Assembly: GCA_964057225.1 (NCBI GenBank)
Contig: OZ059897.1
Span: 1,798,001-1,862,000 of the forward strand
From: Auanema rhodensis
Lineage: Eukaryota; Animalia; Nematoda
DNA length: 64,000 nucleotides
Reading direction: 5' to 3'
Position 1 is the first letter of the stretch, and every line of letters begins with the position of its first letter. Shown here piece after piece: positions 27,251-40,400 of the stretch. A model generated the notes under the pieces. The model had not been told where the DNA came from, did not search any database, and was given only the letters and a program-made list of their open reading frames with translations. A program made the translations under genes and the position numbers.

Positions 27251-29700
27251 GTTCCCATGTACACTCAACATTGCTTCCAAAAACATTTTAACAAAAATTT
27301 TCCCGAAAAATTTCTAAATAATTTCACAAAAAGTAGATGTGTTTAGATTCCTTTTTTCAAGACGAATACGATGGACAATGTTTTTCAACGAAAAAATCAT
27401 TTCTTCAGGGTGAAAATAGAGGATATAAGTGTGAACATATATCAGTTGATATCTCGGTGCATTTTTAAGTTAACTCAAATCTGATAACACAGATCAACGC
27501 AGCTTAAAAATCCGCATCGAATGCACTATACTACATTGAGAAACGCTCTATACAAAAATTAGTTATGATCGTTTGAAAAATAATGCATTAGTGTATGTTG
27601 AGTTCCCATGTACACTCAACATTGCTTCCAAAAACATTTTGACAAAAATTTTCCCGAAAAATTTCTAAATAATTTCACAAAAAGTAGATGTTTTTAGATT
27701 CCTTTTTTCAAGGCAAAGACGATGGACAATGTTATTCAACGAAAAAATTAATTCTTCAGGGTGCAAATCGAGGATATAAGTGTGAACTTATATAAGTTGA
27801 TATCTCGGAGCATTTTTAAGTTAACTCAAATCTGATAACACAGATCGACGCAGCTTAAAAATCCGCATCGACTGCACTATACTACATTGAGAAACGCTCT
27901 ATACAAAAATTAGTTATGATCGTTTGAAAAATAATGCATTAGTGTGTGTTGAGTTCCCATGTACAATTAACATTGCTTCCAAAAACATTGTGACAAAAAT
28001 TTTCCCGAAAAATTTCTAAATAATTTCACAAAAAGTAGATGTTTTTAGATTTCTTTTTTCAAGGCAAAGACGATGAACAATGTTATTCGACGAAAAAATT
28101 AATTCTTCAGGGTGAAAATCGAGGATATAAGTGTGAACTTATATCAGTTGATATCTCGGTGCATTTTTAAGCTAACTCAAATCTGATAACACAGATCAAC
28201 GCAGCTTAAAAATCCGCATCGAATGCACTATACTACATTGAGAAACGCTTTATACAAAAATTAGTTATGATCGTTTGAAAAATAATGCATTAGTGTATGC
28301 TGAGTTCCCATGTACACTCAACATTGCTTCGAAAAACATTTTGACAAAAATTTTCCCGAAAAATTTCTGAATAATTTCACAAAAAGTAAATGTTTTTAGA
28401 TTCCTTTTTTCAAGGCGATGACGATGGACATTGTTATTCAACCAAAAATATAATTCTTCAGGGTGAAAATCGAGGATATAAGTGTGAACCTATATCAGTT
28501 GATATCTCGGTGCATTTTTAAGCTAACTTAAATCTGATAACACAGATCGACGCAGCTTAAAAATCCGCATCGAGTGCACTATACTACATTGAGAAACGCT
28601 CTATGCAAAAATTAGTTATGATCGTTTGAAAAATAATGCATTAGTGTATGTTGAGTTCCCATGTACACTCAACATTGCTTCCAAAAACATTTTAACAAAA
28701 ATTTTCCCGAAAAATTTCTAAATAATTTCACAAAAAGTAGATGTGTTTAGATTCCTTTTTTCAAGACGAATACGATGGACAATGTTTTTCAACGAAAAAA
28801 TCATTTCTTCAGGGTGAAAATAGAGGATATAAGTGTGAACATATATCAGTTGATATCTCGGTGCATTTTTAAGTTAACTCAAATCTGATAACACAGATCA
28901 ACGCAGCTTAAAAATCCGCATCGAATGCACTATACTACATTGAGAAACGCTCTATACAAAAATTAGTTATGATCGTTTGAAAAATAATGCATTAGTGTAT
29001 GTTGAGTTCCCATGTACACTCAACATTGCTTCCAAAAACATTTTGACAAAAATTTTCCCGAAAAATTTCTAAATAATTTCACAAAAAGTAGATGTTTTAG
29101 ATTCCTTTTTTCAAGGCAAAGACGATGGACAATGTTATTCAACGAAAAAATTAATTCTTCAGGGTGCAAATCGAGGATATAAGTGTGAACTTATATAAGT
29201 TGATATCTCGGAGCATTTTTAAGTTAACTCAAATCTGATAACACAGATCGACGCAGCTTAAAAATCCGCATCGACTGCACTATACTACATTGAGAAACGC
29301 TCTATACAAAAATTAGTTATGATCGTTTGAAAAATAATGCATTAGTGTGTGTTGAGTTCCCATGTACAATTAACATTGCTTCCAAAAACATTGTGACAAA
29401 AATTTTCCCGAAAAATTTCTAAATAATTTCACAAAAAGTAGATGTTTTTAGATTTCTTTTTTCAAGGCAAAGACGATGAACAATGTTATTCGACGAAAAA
29501 ATTAATTCTTCAGGGTGAAAATCGAGGATATAAGTGTGAACTTATATCAGTTGATATCTCGGTGCATTTTTAAGTTAACTCAAATCTGATAACACAGATC
29601 GACGCAGCTTAAAAATCCGCATCGACTGCACTATACTACATTGAGAAACGCTCTATACAAAAATTAGTTATGATCGTTTGAAAAATAATGCATTAGTGTG
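26800..29700. repeat. 4-mer (1404/1403 bp) tandem duplication
   Basis: Private SNPs ttttaacaaaa, gatgtgtttag, aaaatagagg, gggtgcaaatc and gatgaacaatgttattcgac each occur twice, 1403-1404 bp apart. Confidence 0.88.
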
Positions 29701-31049
29701 TGTTGAGTTCCCATGTACACTTAACATTGCTTCCAAAAACATTGTGACAAAAATTTTCCCGAAAAATTTCTGAATAATTTCACAAAAAGTAGATGTTTTT
29801 AGATTTCTTTTTTCAAGGCAAAGACGATGGACAATGTTATTCAACGAAAAAATTAATTCTTCAGGGTGAAAATCGAGGATATAAGTGTGAACCTATATCA
29901 GTTGATTACTCGGTGCATTTTTAAGCTAGCGCAAATCTGATAACACAGATCAACGCAGCTTAAAAATCCGCATCGAATGCACTATACTACATTGAGAAAC
30001 GCTCCATACAAAAATTAGTTATGATCGTTTGAAAAATAATGCATTAGTGTATGTTGAGTTCCCATGTACACTCAACATTGCTTCCAAAAACATTTTGACA
30101 AAAATTTTCCCGAAAAATTTCTAATTAATTTCACAAAAAGTAGATGTTTTTAGATTCCTTTTTTCAAGACGAATACGATGGACAATGTTTTTCAACGAAA
30201 AAAGCATTTCTTCAGGGTGAAAATCGAGGATATAAGTGTGAACATATATCAGTTGATATCTCGGTGCATTTTTAAGTTAACTCAAATCTGATAACACAGA
30301 TCAACGCAGCTTAAAAATCCGCATCGAATGCACTATACTACATTGAGAAACGCTCTATACAAAAATTAGTTATGATCGTTTGAAAAATAATGCTTTAGTG
30401 TATGCTGAGTTCCCATGTACACTCAACATTGCTTCCAAAAACATTGTGACAAAAATTTTCCCGAAAAATTTCTAAATAATTTCACAAAAAGTAGATGTTT
30501 TTAGATTCCTTTTTTCAAGGCAAAGACGATGGACAATGTTATTCAACGAAAAAATTAATTCTTCAGGGTGAAAATCGAGGATATAAGTGTGAACTTATAT
30601 CAGTTGATATCTCGGTGCATTTTTAAGCTAGTGCAAATCTGATAACACAGATCGACGCAGCTTAAAAATCCGCATCGAATGCACTATACCACATTGAGAA
30701 ACGCTTAATACAAAATTTAGTTATGATAGTTTAAAAAATAATGCATTAGTGTATGCTGAGTTCCCATGTACACTTAACATTGCTTCCAAAAACATTGTGA
30801 CAAAAATTTTCCCGAAAAATTTCTAAATAATTTCACAAAAAGTAGATGTTTTTAGATTTCTTTTTTCAAGACGAATACGATGGACAATGTTTTTCAACGA
30901 AAAAATCATTTCTTCAGGGTGAAAATTGAGGATATAAGTGTGAACATATATCAGTTGATATCTCAGTGCATTTTTAAGCTAACTCAAATCTGATAACACA
31001 GATCGACGCAGCTTAAAAATCCGCATCGAATGCACTATACTACATTGAG

Positions 31050-34000
31050 AAACGCTCTATACAAAAATTAGTTATGATCGTTTGAAAAATAATGCATTAG
31101 TGTATGCTGAGTTCCCATGTACACTCAACATTGCTTCCAAAAACATTTTGACAAAAATTTTCCCGAAAAATTTCTGAATAATTTCACAAAAAGTGAATGT
31201 TTTTAGATTCCTTTTTTCAAGGCGAAGACGATGGACAATGTTATTCAACGGAAAAATTAATTCTTCAGGGTGAAAATCGAGGATATAAGTGTGAACCTAT
31301 ATCAGTTGATTACTCGGTGCATTTTTAAGCTAGCGCAAATCTGATAACACAGATCAACGCAGCTTAAAAATCCGCATCAAATGCACTATACTACAATGAG
31401 AAACGCTCTATACAAAAATTAGTTATGATCGTTTGAAAAATAATGCATTAGTGTATGTTGAGTTCCCATGTACACTCAACATTGCTTCCAAAAACATTTT
31501 GACAAAAATTTTCCCGAAAAATTTCTAAATAATTTCACAAAAAGTAGATGTTTTTAGATTCCTTTTTTCAAGACGAATACGATGGACAATGTTTTTTAAC
31601 GAAAAAATCATTTCTTCAGGGTGAAAATCGAGGATATAAGTGTGAACATATATCAGTTGATATCTCGGTGCATTTTTAAGCTAACTCAAATCTGATAACA
31701 CAGGTCGACGCAGCTTAAAAATCCGCATCGAATGCACTATACTACATTGAGAAACGCTCTATACAAAAATTAGTTATGATCGTTTGAAAAATAATGCATT
31801 AGTGTATGCTGAGTTCCCATGTACACTCAACATTGCTTCCAAAAACATTTTGACAAAAATTTTCCCGAAAAATTTCTAAATAATTTCACAAAAAGTAGAT
31901 GCTTTTAGATTCCTTTTTTCAAGACGAATACGATGGACAATGTTTTTCAACAAAAAAATCATTTCTTCAGGGTGAAAATCGAGGATATAAGTGTGAACAT
32001 ATATCAGTTGATATCTCGGTGCATTTTTAAGTTAACTCAAATCTGATAACACAGATCAACGCAGCTTAAAAATCCGCATCGAATGCACTATACTACAATG
32101 AGAAACGCTCTATACAAAAATTAGTTATGATCGTTTGAAAAATAATGCATTAGTGTATGTTGAGTTCCCATGTACACTCAACATTGCTTCCAAAAACATT
32201 TTGACAAAAATTTTCCCGAAAAATTTCTAAATAATTTCACAAAAAGTAGATGTTTTAAGATTCCTTTTTTCAAGACGAATACGATGGACAATGTTTTTTA
32301 ACGAAAAAATCATTTCTTCAGGGTGAAAATCGAGGATATAAGTGTGAACATATATCAGTTGATATCTCGGTGCATTTTTAAGCTAACTCAAATCTGATAA
32401 CACAGATCGACGCAGCTTAAAAATCCGCATCGAATGCACTATACTACATTGAGAAACGCTCTATACAAAAATTAGTTATGATCGTTTGAAAAATAATGCA
32501 TTAGTGTATGTTGAGTTCCCATGTACACTCAACATTGCTTCCAAAAACATTTTGACAAAAATTTTCCCGAAAAATTTCTAAATAATTTCACAAAAAGTAG
32601 ATGTTTTTAGATTCCTTTTTTCAAGACGAATACGATGGACAATGTTTTTTAACGAAAAAATCATTTCTTCAGGGTGAAAATCGAGGATATAAGTGTGAAC
32701 CTATATCAGTTGATTACTCGGTGCATTTTTAAGCTAGCGCAAATCTGATAACACAGATCAACGCAGCTTAAAAATCCGCATCGAATGCACTATACTACAA
32801 TGAGAAACGCTCTATACAAAAATTAGTTATGATCGTTTGAAAAATAATGCATTAGTGTATGTTGAGTTCCCATGTACACTCAACATTGCTTCCAAAAACA
32901 TTTTGACAAAAATTTTCCCGAAAAATTTCTAAATAATTTCACAAAAAGTAGATGTTTTTAGATTCCTTTTTTCAAGACGAATACGATGGACAATGTTTTT
33001 TAACGAAAAATCATTTCTTCATGGTGAAAATCGAGGATATAAGTGTGAACATATATCAGTTGATATCTCGGTGCATTTTTAAGCTAACTCAAATCTGATA
33101 ACACAGGTCGACGCAGCTTAAAAATCCGCATCGAATGCACTATACTACAATGAGAAACGCTCTATACAAAAATTAGTTATGATCGTTTGAAAAATAATGC
33201 ATTAGTGTATGTTGAGTTCCCATGTACACTCAACATTGCTTCCAAAAACATTTTGACAAAAATTTTCCCGAAAAATTTCTAAATAATTTCACAAAAAGTA
33301 GATGTTTTTAGATTCCTTTTTTCAAGACGAATACGATGGACAATGTTTTTTAACGAAAAAATCATTTCTTCAGGGTGAAAATCGAGGATATAAGTGTGAA
33401 CCTATATCAGTTGATTACTCGGTGCATTTTTAAGCTAGCGCAAATCTGATAACACAGATCAACGCAGCTTAAAAATCCGCATCGAATGCACTATACTACA
33501 ATGAGAAACGCTCTATACAAAAATTAGTTATGATCGTTTGAAAAATAATGCATTAGTGTATGCTGAGTTCCCATGTACACTCAACATTGCTTCCAAAAAC
33601 ATTTTGACAAAAATTTTCCCGAAAAATTTCTGAATAATTTCACAAAAAGTGAATGTTTTTAGATTCCTTTTTTCAAGGCGAAGACGATGGACAATGTTAT
33701 TCAACGGAAAAATTAATTCTTCAGGGTGAAAATCGAGGATATAAGTGTGAACCTATATCAGTTGATTACTCGGTGCATTTTTAAGCTAGCGCAAATCTGA
33801 TAACACAGATCAACGCAGCTTAAAAATCCGCATCAAATGCACTATACTACAATGAGAAACGCTCTATACAAAAATTAGTTATGATCGTTTGAAAAATAAT
33901 GCATTAGTGTATGTTGAGTTCCCATGTACACTCAACATTGCTTCCAAAAACATTTTGACAAAAATTTTCCCGAAAAATTTCTAAATAATTTCACAAAAAG

Positions 34001-36300
34001 TAGATGTTTTTAGATTCCTTTTTTCAAGACGAATACGATGGACAATGTTTTTTAACGAAAAAATCATTTCTTCAGGGTGAAAATCGAGGATATAAGTGTG
34101 AACATATATCAGTTGATATCTCGGTGCATTTTTAAGCTAACTCAAATCTGATAACACAGGTCGACGCAGCTTAAAAATCCGCATCGAATGCACTATACTA
34201 CATTGAGAAACGCTCTATACAAAAATTAGTTATGATCGTTTGAAAAATAATGCATTAGTGTATGCTGAGTTCCCATGTACACTCAACATTGCTTCCAAAA
34301 ACATTTTGACAAAAATTTTCCCGAAAAATTTCTAAATAATTTCACAAAAAGTAGATGCTTTTAGATTCCTTTTTTCAAGACGAATACGATGGACAATGTT
34401 TTTCAACAAAAAAATCATTTCTTCAGGGTGAAAATCGAGGATATAAGTGTGAACATATATCAGTTGATATCTCGGTGCATTTTTAAGTTAACTCAAATCT
34501 GATAACACAGATCAACGCAGCTTAAAAATCCGCATCGAATGCACTATACTACAATGAGAAACGCTCTATACAAAAATTAGTTATGATCGTTTGAAAAATA
34601 ATGCATTAGTGTATGTTGAGTTCCCATGTACACTCAACATTGCTTCCAAAAACATTTTGACAAAAATTTTCCCGAAAAATTTCTAAATAATTTCACAAAA
34701 AGTAGATGTTTTTAGATTCCTTTTTTCAAGACGAATACGATGGACAATGTTTTTTAACGAAAAAATCATTTCTTCAGGGTGAAAATCGAGGATATAAGTG
34801 TGAACATATATCAGTTGATATCTCGGTGCATTTTTAAGCTAACTCAAATCTGATAACACAGATCGACGCAGCTTAAAAATCCGCATCGAATGCACTATAC
34901 TACATTGAGAAACGCTCTATACAAAAATTAGTTATGATCGTTTGAAAAATAATGCATTAGTGTATGTTGAGTTCCCATGTACACTCAACATTGCTTCCAA
35001 AAACATTTTGACAAAAATTTTCCCGAAAAATTTCTAAATAATTTCACAAAAAGTAGATGTTTTTAGATTCCTTTTTTCAAGACGAATACGATGGACAATG
35101 TTTTTTAACGAAAAAATCATTTCTTCAGGGTGAAAATCGAGGATATAAGTGTGAACCTATATCAGTTGATTACTCGGTGCATTTTTAAGCTAGCGCAAAT
35201 CTGATAACACAGATCAACGCAGCTTAAAAATCCGCATCGAATGCACTATACTACAATGAGAAACGCTCTATACAAAAATTAGTTATGATCGTTTGAAAAA
35301 TAATGCATTAGTGTATGTTGAGTTCCCATGTACACTCAACATTGCTTCCAAAAACATTTTGACAAAAATTTTCCCGAAAAATTTCTAAATAATTTCACAA
35401 AAAGTAGATGTTTTTAGATTCCTTTTTTCAAGACGAATACGATGGACAATGTTTTTTAACGAAAAAATCATTTCTTCATGGTGAAAATCGAGGATATAAG
35501 TGTGAACATATATCAGTTGATATCTCGGTGCATTTTTAAGCTAACTCAAATCTGATAACACAGGTCGACGCAGCTTAAAAATCCGCATCGAATGCACTAT
35601 ACTACATTGAGAAACGCTCTATACAAAAATTAGTTATGATCGTTTGAAAAATAATGCATTAGTGTATGCTGAGTTCCCATGTACACTCAACATTGCTTCC
35701 AAAAACATTTTGACAAAAATTTTCCCGAAAAATTTCTAAATAATTTCACAAAAAGTAGATGCTTTTAGATTCCTTTTTTCAAGACGAATACGATGGACAA
35801 TGTTTTTCAACAAAAAAATCATTTCTTCAGGGTGAAAATCGAGGATATAAGTGTGAACATATATCAGTTGATATCTCGGTGCATTTTTAAGTTAACTCAA
35901 ATCTGATAACACAGATCAACGCAGCTTAAAAATCCGCATCGAATGCACTATACTACAATGAGAAACGCTCTATACAAAAATTAGTTATGATCGTTTGAAA
36001 AATAATGCATTAGTGTATGTTGAGTTCCCATGTACACTCAACATTGCTTCCAAAAACATTTTGACAAAAATTTTCCCGAAAAATTTCTAAATAATTTCAC
36101 AAAAAGTAGATGTTTTTAGATTCCTTTTTTCAAGACGAATACGATGGACAATGTTTTTTAACGAAAAAATCATTTCTTCAGGGTGAAAATCGAGGATATA
36201 AGTGTGAACATATATCAGTTGATATCTCGGTGCATTTTTAAGCTAACTCAAATCTGATAACACAGATCGACGCAGCTTAAAAATCCGCATCGAATGCACT
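31050..36300. repeat. HOR domain 3: a second, differently marked 7-mer (2456/2457 bp) plus partial copy
   Basis: gtgaatg...caacggaaaa...gcatcaaatgc at about 31193 and 33649. cttcatggtg at about 33017 and 35474. gatgcttttag at about 31898, 34354 and 35758. Confidence 0.8.
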
Positions 36301-37499
36301 ATACTACATTGAGAAACGCTCTATACAAAAATTAGTTATGATCGTTTGAAAAATAATGCATTAGTGTATGCTGAGTTCCCATGTACACTCAACATTGCTT
36401 CCAAAAACATTTTGACAAAAATTTTCCCGAAAAATTTCTAGATAATTTCACAAAAAGTAGATGTTTTTAGATTCCTTTTTTCAAGACGAATACGATGGAC
36501 AATGTTTTTTAACGAAAAAATCATTTCTTCAGGGTGAAAATCGAGGATATAAGTGTGAACATATATCAGTTGATATCTCGGTGCATTTTTAAGCTAACTC
36601 AAATCTGATAACACAGATCGACGCAGCTTAAAAATCCGCATCGAATGCACTATACTACATTGAGAAACGCTCTATACAAAAATTAGTTATGATCGTTTGA
36701 AAAATAATGCATTAGTGTATGCTGAGTTCCCATGTACACTCAACATTGCTTCCAAAAACATTTTGACAAAAATTTTCCCGAAAAATTTCTAAATAATTTC
36801 ACAAAAAGTAGATGTTTTTAGATTCCTTTTTTCAAGACGAATACGATGGACAATGTTTTTCAACGAAAAAATCATTTCTTCAGGGTGAAAATCGAGGATA
36901 TAAGTGTGAACATATATCAGTTGATATCTCGGTGCATTTTTAAGTTAACTCAAATCTGATAACACAGATCAACGCAGCTTAAAAATCCGCATCGAATGCA
37001 CTATACTACATTGAGAAACGCTTTATACAAAAATTAGTTATGATCGTATGAAAAATAATGCATTAGTGTATGTTGAGTTCCCATGTACACTCAACATTGC
37101 TTCCAAAAACATTTTGACAAAAATTTTCCCGAAAAATTTCTAAATAATTTCACAAAAAGTAGATGTTTTTAGATTCCTTTTTTCAAGACGAATACGATGG
37201 ACAATGTTTTTCAACGAAAAAATCATTTCTTCAGGGTGAAAATCGAGGATATAAGTGTGAACATATATCAGTTGATATCTCGGTGCATTTTTAAGTTAAC
37301 TCAAATCTGATAACACAGATCAACGCAGCTTAAAAATCCGCATCGAATGCACTATACTACATTGAGAAACGCTTTATACAAAAATTAGTTATGATCGTAT
37401 GAAAAATAATGCATTAGTGTATGTTGAGTTCCCATGTACACTCAACATTGCTTCCAAAAACATTTTGACAAAAATTTTCCCGAAAAATTTCTAAATAAT

Positions 37500-40400
37500 T
37501 TCACAAAAAGTAGATGTTTTTAGATTCCTTTTTTCAAGACGAATACGATGGACAATGTTTTTCAACAAAAAAATCATTTCTTCAGGGTGAAAATCGAGGA
37601 TATAAGTGTGAACATATATCAGTTGATATCTCGGTGCATTTTTAAGTTAACTCAAATCTGATAACACAGATCAACGCAGCTTAAAAATCCGCATCGAATG
37701 CACTATACTACAATGAGAAACGCTCTATACAAAAATTAGTTATGATCGTTTGAAAAATAATGCATTAGTGTATGTTGAGTTCCCATGTACACTCAACATT
37801 GCTTCCAAAAACATTTTGACAAAAATTTTCCCGAAAAATTTCTAGATAATTTCACAAAAAGTAGATGTTTTTAGATTCCTTTTTTCAAGACGAATACGAT
37901 GGACAATGTTTTTTAACGAAAAAATCATTTCTTCAGGGTGAAAATCGAGGATATAAGTGTGAACATATATCAGTTGATATCTCGGTGCATTTTTAAGCTA
38001 ACTCAAATCTGATAACACAGATCGACGCAGCTTAAAAATCCGCATCGAATGCACTATACTACATTGAGAAACGCTCTATACAAAAATTAGTTATGATCGT
38101 TTGAAAAATAATGCATTAGTGTATGCTGAGTTCCCATGTACACTCAACATTGCTTCCAAAAACATTTTGACAAAAATTTTCCCGAAAAATTTCTAAATAA
38201 TTTCACAAAAAGTAGATGTTTTTAGATTCCTTTTTTCAAGACGAATACGATGGACAATGTTTTTCAACAAAAAAATCATTTCTTCAGGGTGAAAATCGAG
38301 GATATAAGTGTGAACATATATCAGTTGATATCTCGGTGCATTTTTAAGTTAACTCAAATCTGATAACACAGATCAACGCAGCTTAAAAATCCGCATCGAA
38401 TGCACTATACTACATTGAGAAACGCTTTATACAAAAATTAGTTATGATCGTATGAAAAATAATGCATTAGTGTATGTTGAGTTCCCATGTACACTCAACA
38501 TTGCTTCCAAAAACATTTTGACAAAAATTTTCCCGAAAAATTTCTAAATAATTTCACAGAAAGTAGATGTTTTTAGATTCCTTTTTTCAAGACGAATACG
38601 ATGGACAATGTTTTTCAACGAAAAAATCATTTCTTCAGGGTGAAAATCGAGGATATAAGTGTGAACATATATCAGTTGATATCTCGGTGCATTTTTAAGT
38701 TAACTCAAATCTGATAACACAGATCAACGCAGCTTAAAAATCCGCATCGAATGCACTATACTACAATGAGAAACGCTCTATACAAAAATTAGTTATGATC
38801 GTTTGAAAAATAATGCATTAGTGTATGTTGAGTTCCCATGTACACTCAACATTGCTTCCAAAAACATTTTGACAAAAATTTTCCCGAAAAATTTCTAAAT
38901 AATTTCACAAAAAGTAGATGTTTTTAGATTCCTTTTTTCAAGGCAAAGACGATAGACAATGTTATTCAACGAAAAAATTAGTTCTTCAGGGTGAAAATCG
39001 AGGATATAAGTGTGAACTTATATCAGTTGATATCTCGGTGCATTTTTAAGCTAGCGCAAATCTGATAACACAGATCGACGCAGCTTAAAAATCCGCATCG
39101 AATGCACTATACTACATTGAGAAACGCTCTATACAAAAATTAGTTATGATCGTTTGAAAAATAATGCATTAGTGTATGTTGAGTTCCCATGTACACTCAA
39201 CATTGCTTCCAAAAACATTTTGACAAAAATTTTCCCGAAAAATTTCTAATTAATTTCACAAAAAGTAGATGTTTTTAGATTCCTTTTTTCAAGACGAATA
39301 CGATGGACAATGTTTTTCAACGAAAAAATCATTTCTTCAGGGTGAAAATCGAGGATATAAGTGTGAACATATATCAGTTGATATCTCGGTGCATTTTTAA
39401 GTTAACTCAAATCTGATAACACAGATCAACGCAGCTTAAAAATCCGCATCGAATGCACTATACTACATTGAGAAACGCTCTATACAAAAATTAGTTATGA
39501 TCGTTTGAAAAATAATGCATTAGTGTATGCTGAGTTCCCATGTACACTCAACATTGCTTCCAAAAACATTGTGACAAAAATTTTCCCGAAAAATTTCTAA
39601 ATAATTTCACAAAAAGTATATGTTTTTAGATTCCTTTTTTCAAGGCAAAGACGATGGACAATGTTATTCAACGAAAAAATTAATTCTTCAGGGTGAAAAT
39701 CGAGGATATAAGTGTGAACTTATATCAGTTGATATCTCGGTGCATTTTTAAGTTAACTCAAATCTGATAACACAGATCAACGCAGCTTAAAAATCCGCAT
39801 CGAATGCACTATACTACAATGAGAAACGCTCTATACAAAAATTAGTTATGATCGTTTGAAAAATAATGCATTAGTGTATGTTGAGTTCCCATGTACACTC
39901 AACATTGCTTCCAAAAACATTTTGACAAAAATTTTCCCGAAAAATTTCTAGATAATTTCACAAAAAGTAGATGTTTTTAGATTCCTTTTTTCAAGACGAA
40001 TACGATGGACAATGTTTTTTAACGAAAAAATCATTTCTTCAGGGTGAAAATCGAGGATATAAGTGTGAACATATATCAGTTGATATCTCGGTGCATTTTT
40101 AAGCTAACTCAAATCTGATAACACAGATCGACGCAGCTTAAAAATCCGCATCGAATGCACTATACTACATTGAGAAACGCTCTATACAAAAATTAGTTAT
40201 GATCGTTTGAAAAATAATGCATTAGTGTATGCTGAGTTCCCATGTACACTCAACATTGCTTCCAAAAACATTTTGACAAAAATTTTCCCGAACAATTTCT
40301 AAATAATTTCACAAAAAGTAGATGTTTTTAGATTCCTTTTTTCAAGACGAATACGATGGACAATGTTTTTCAACAAAAAAATCATTTCTTCAGGGTGAAA

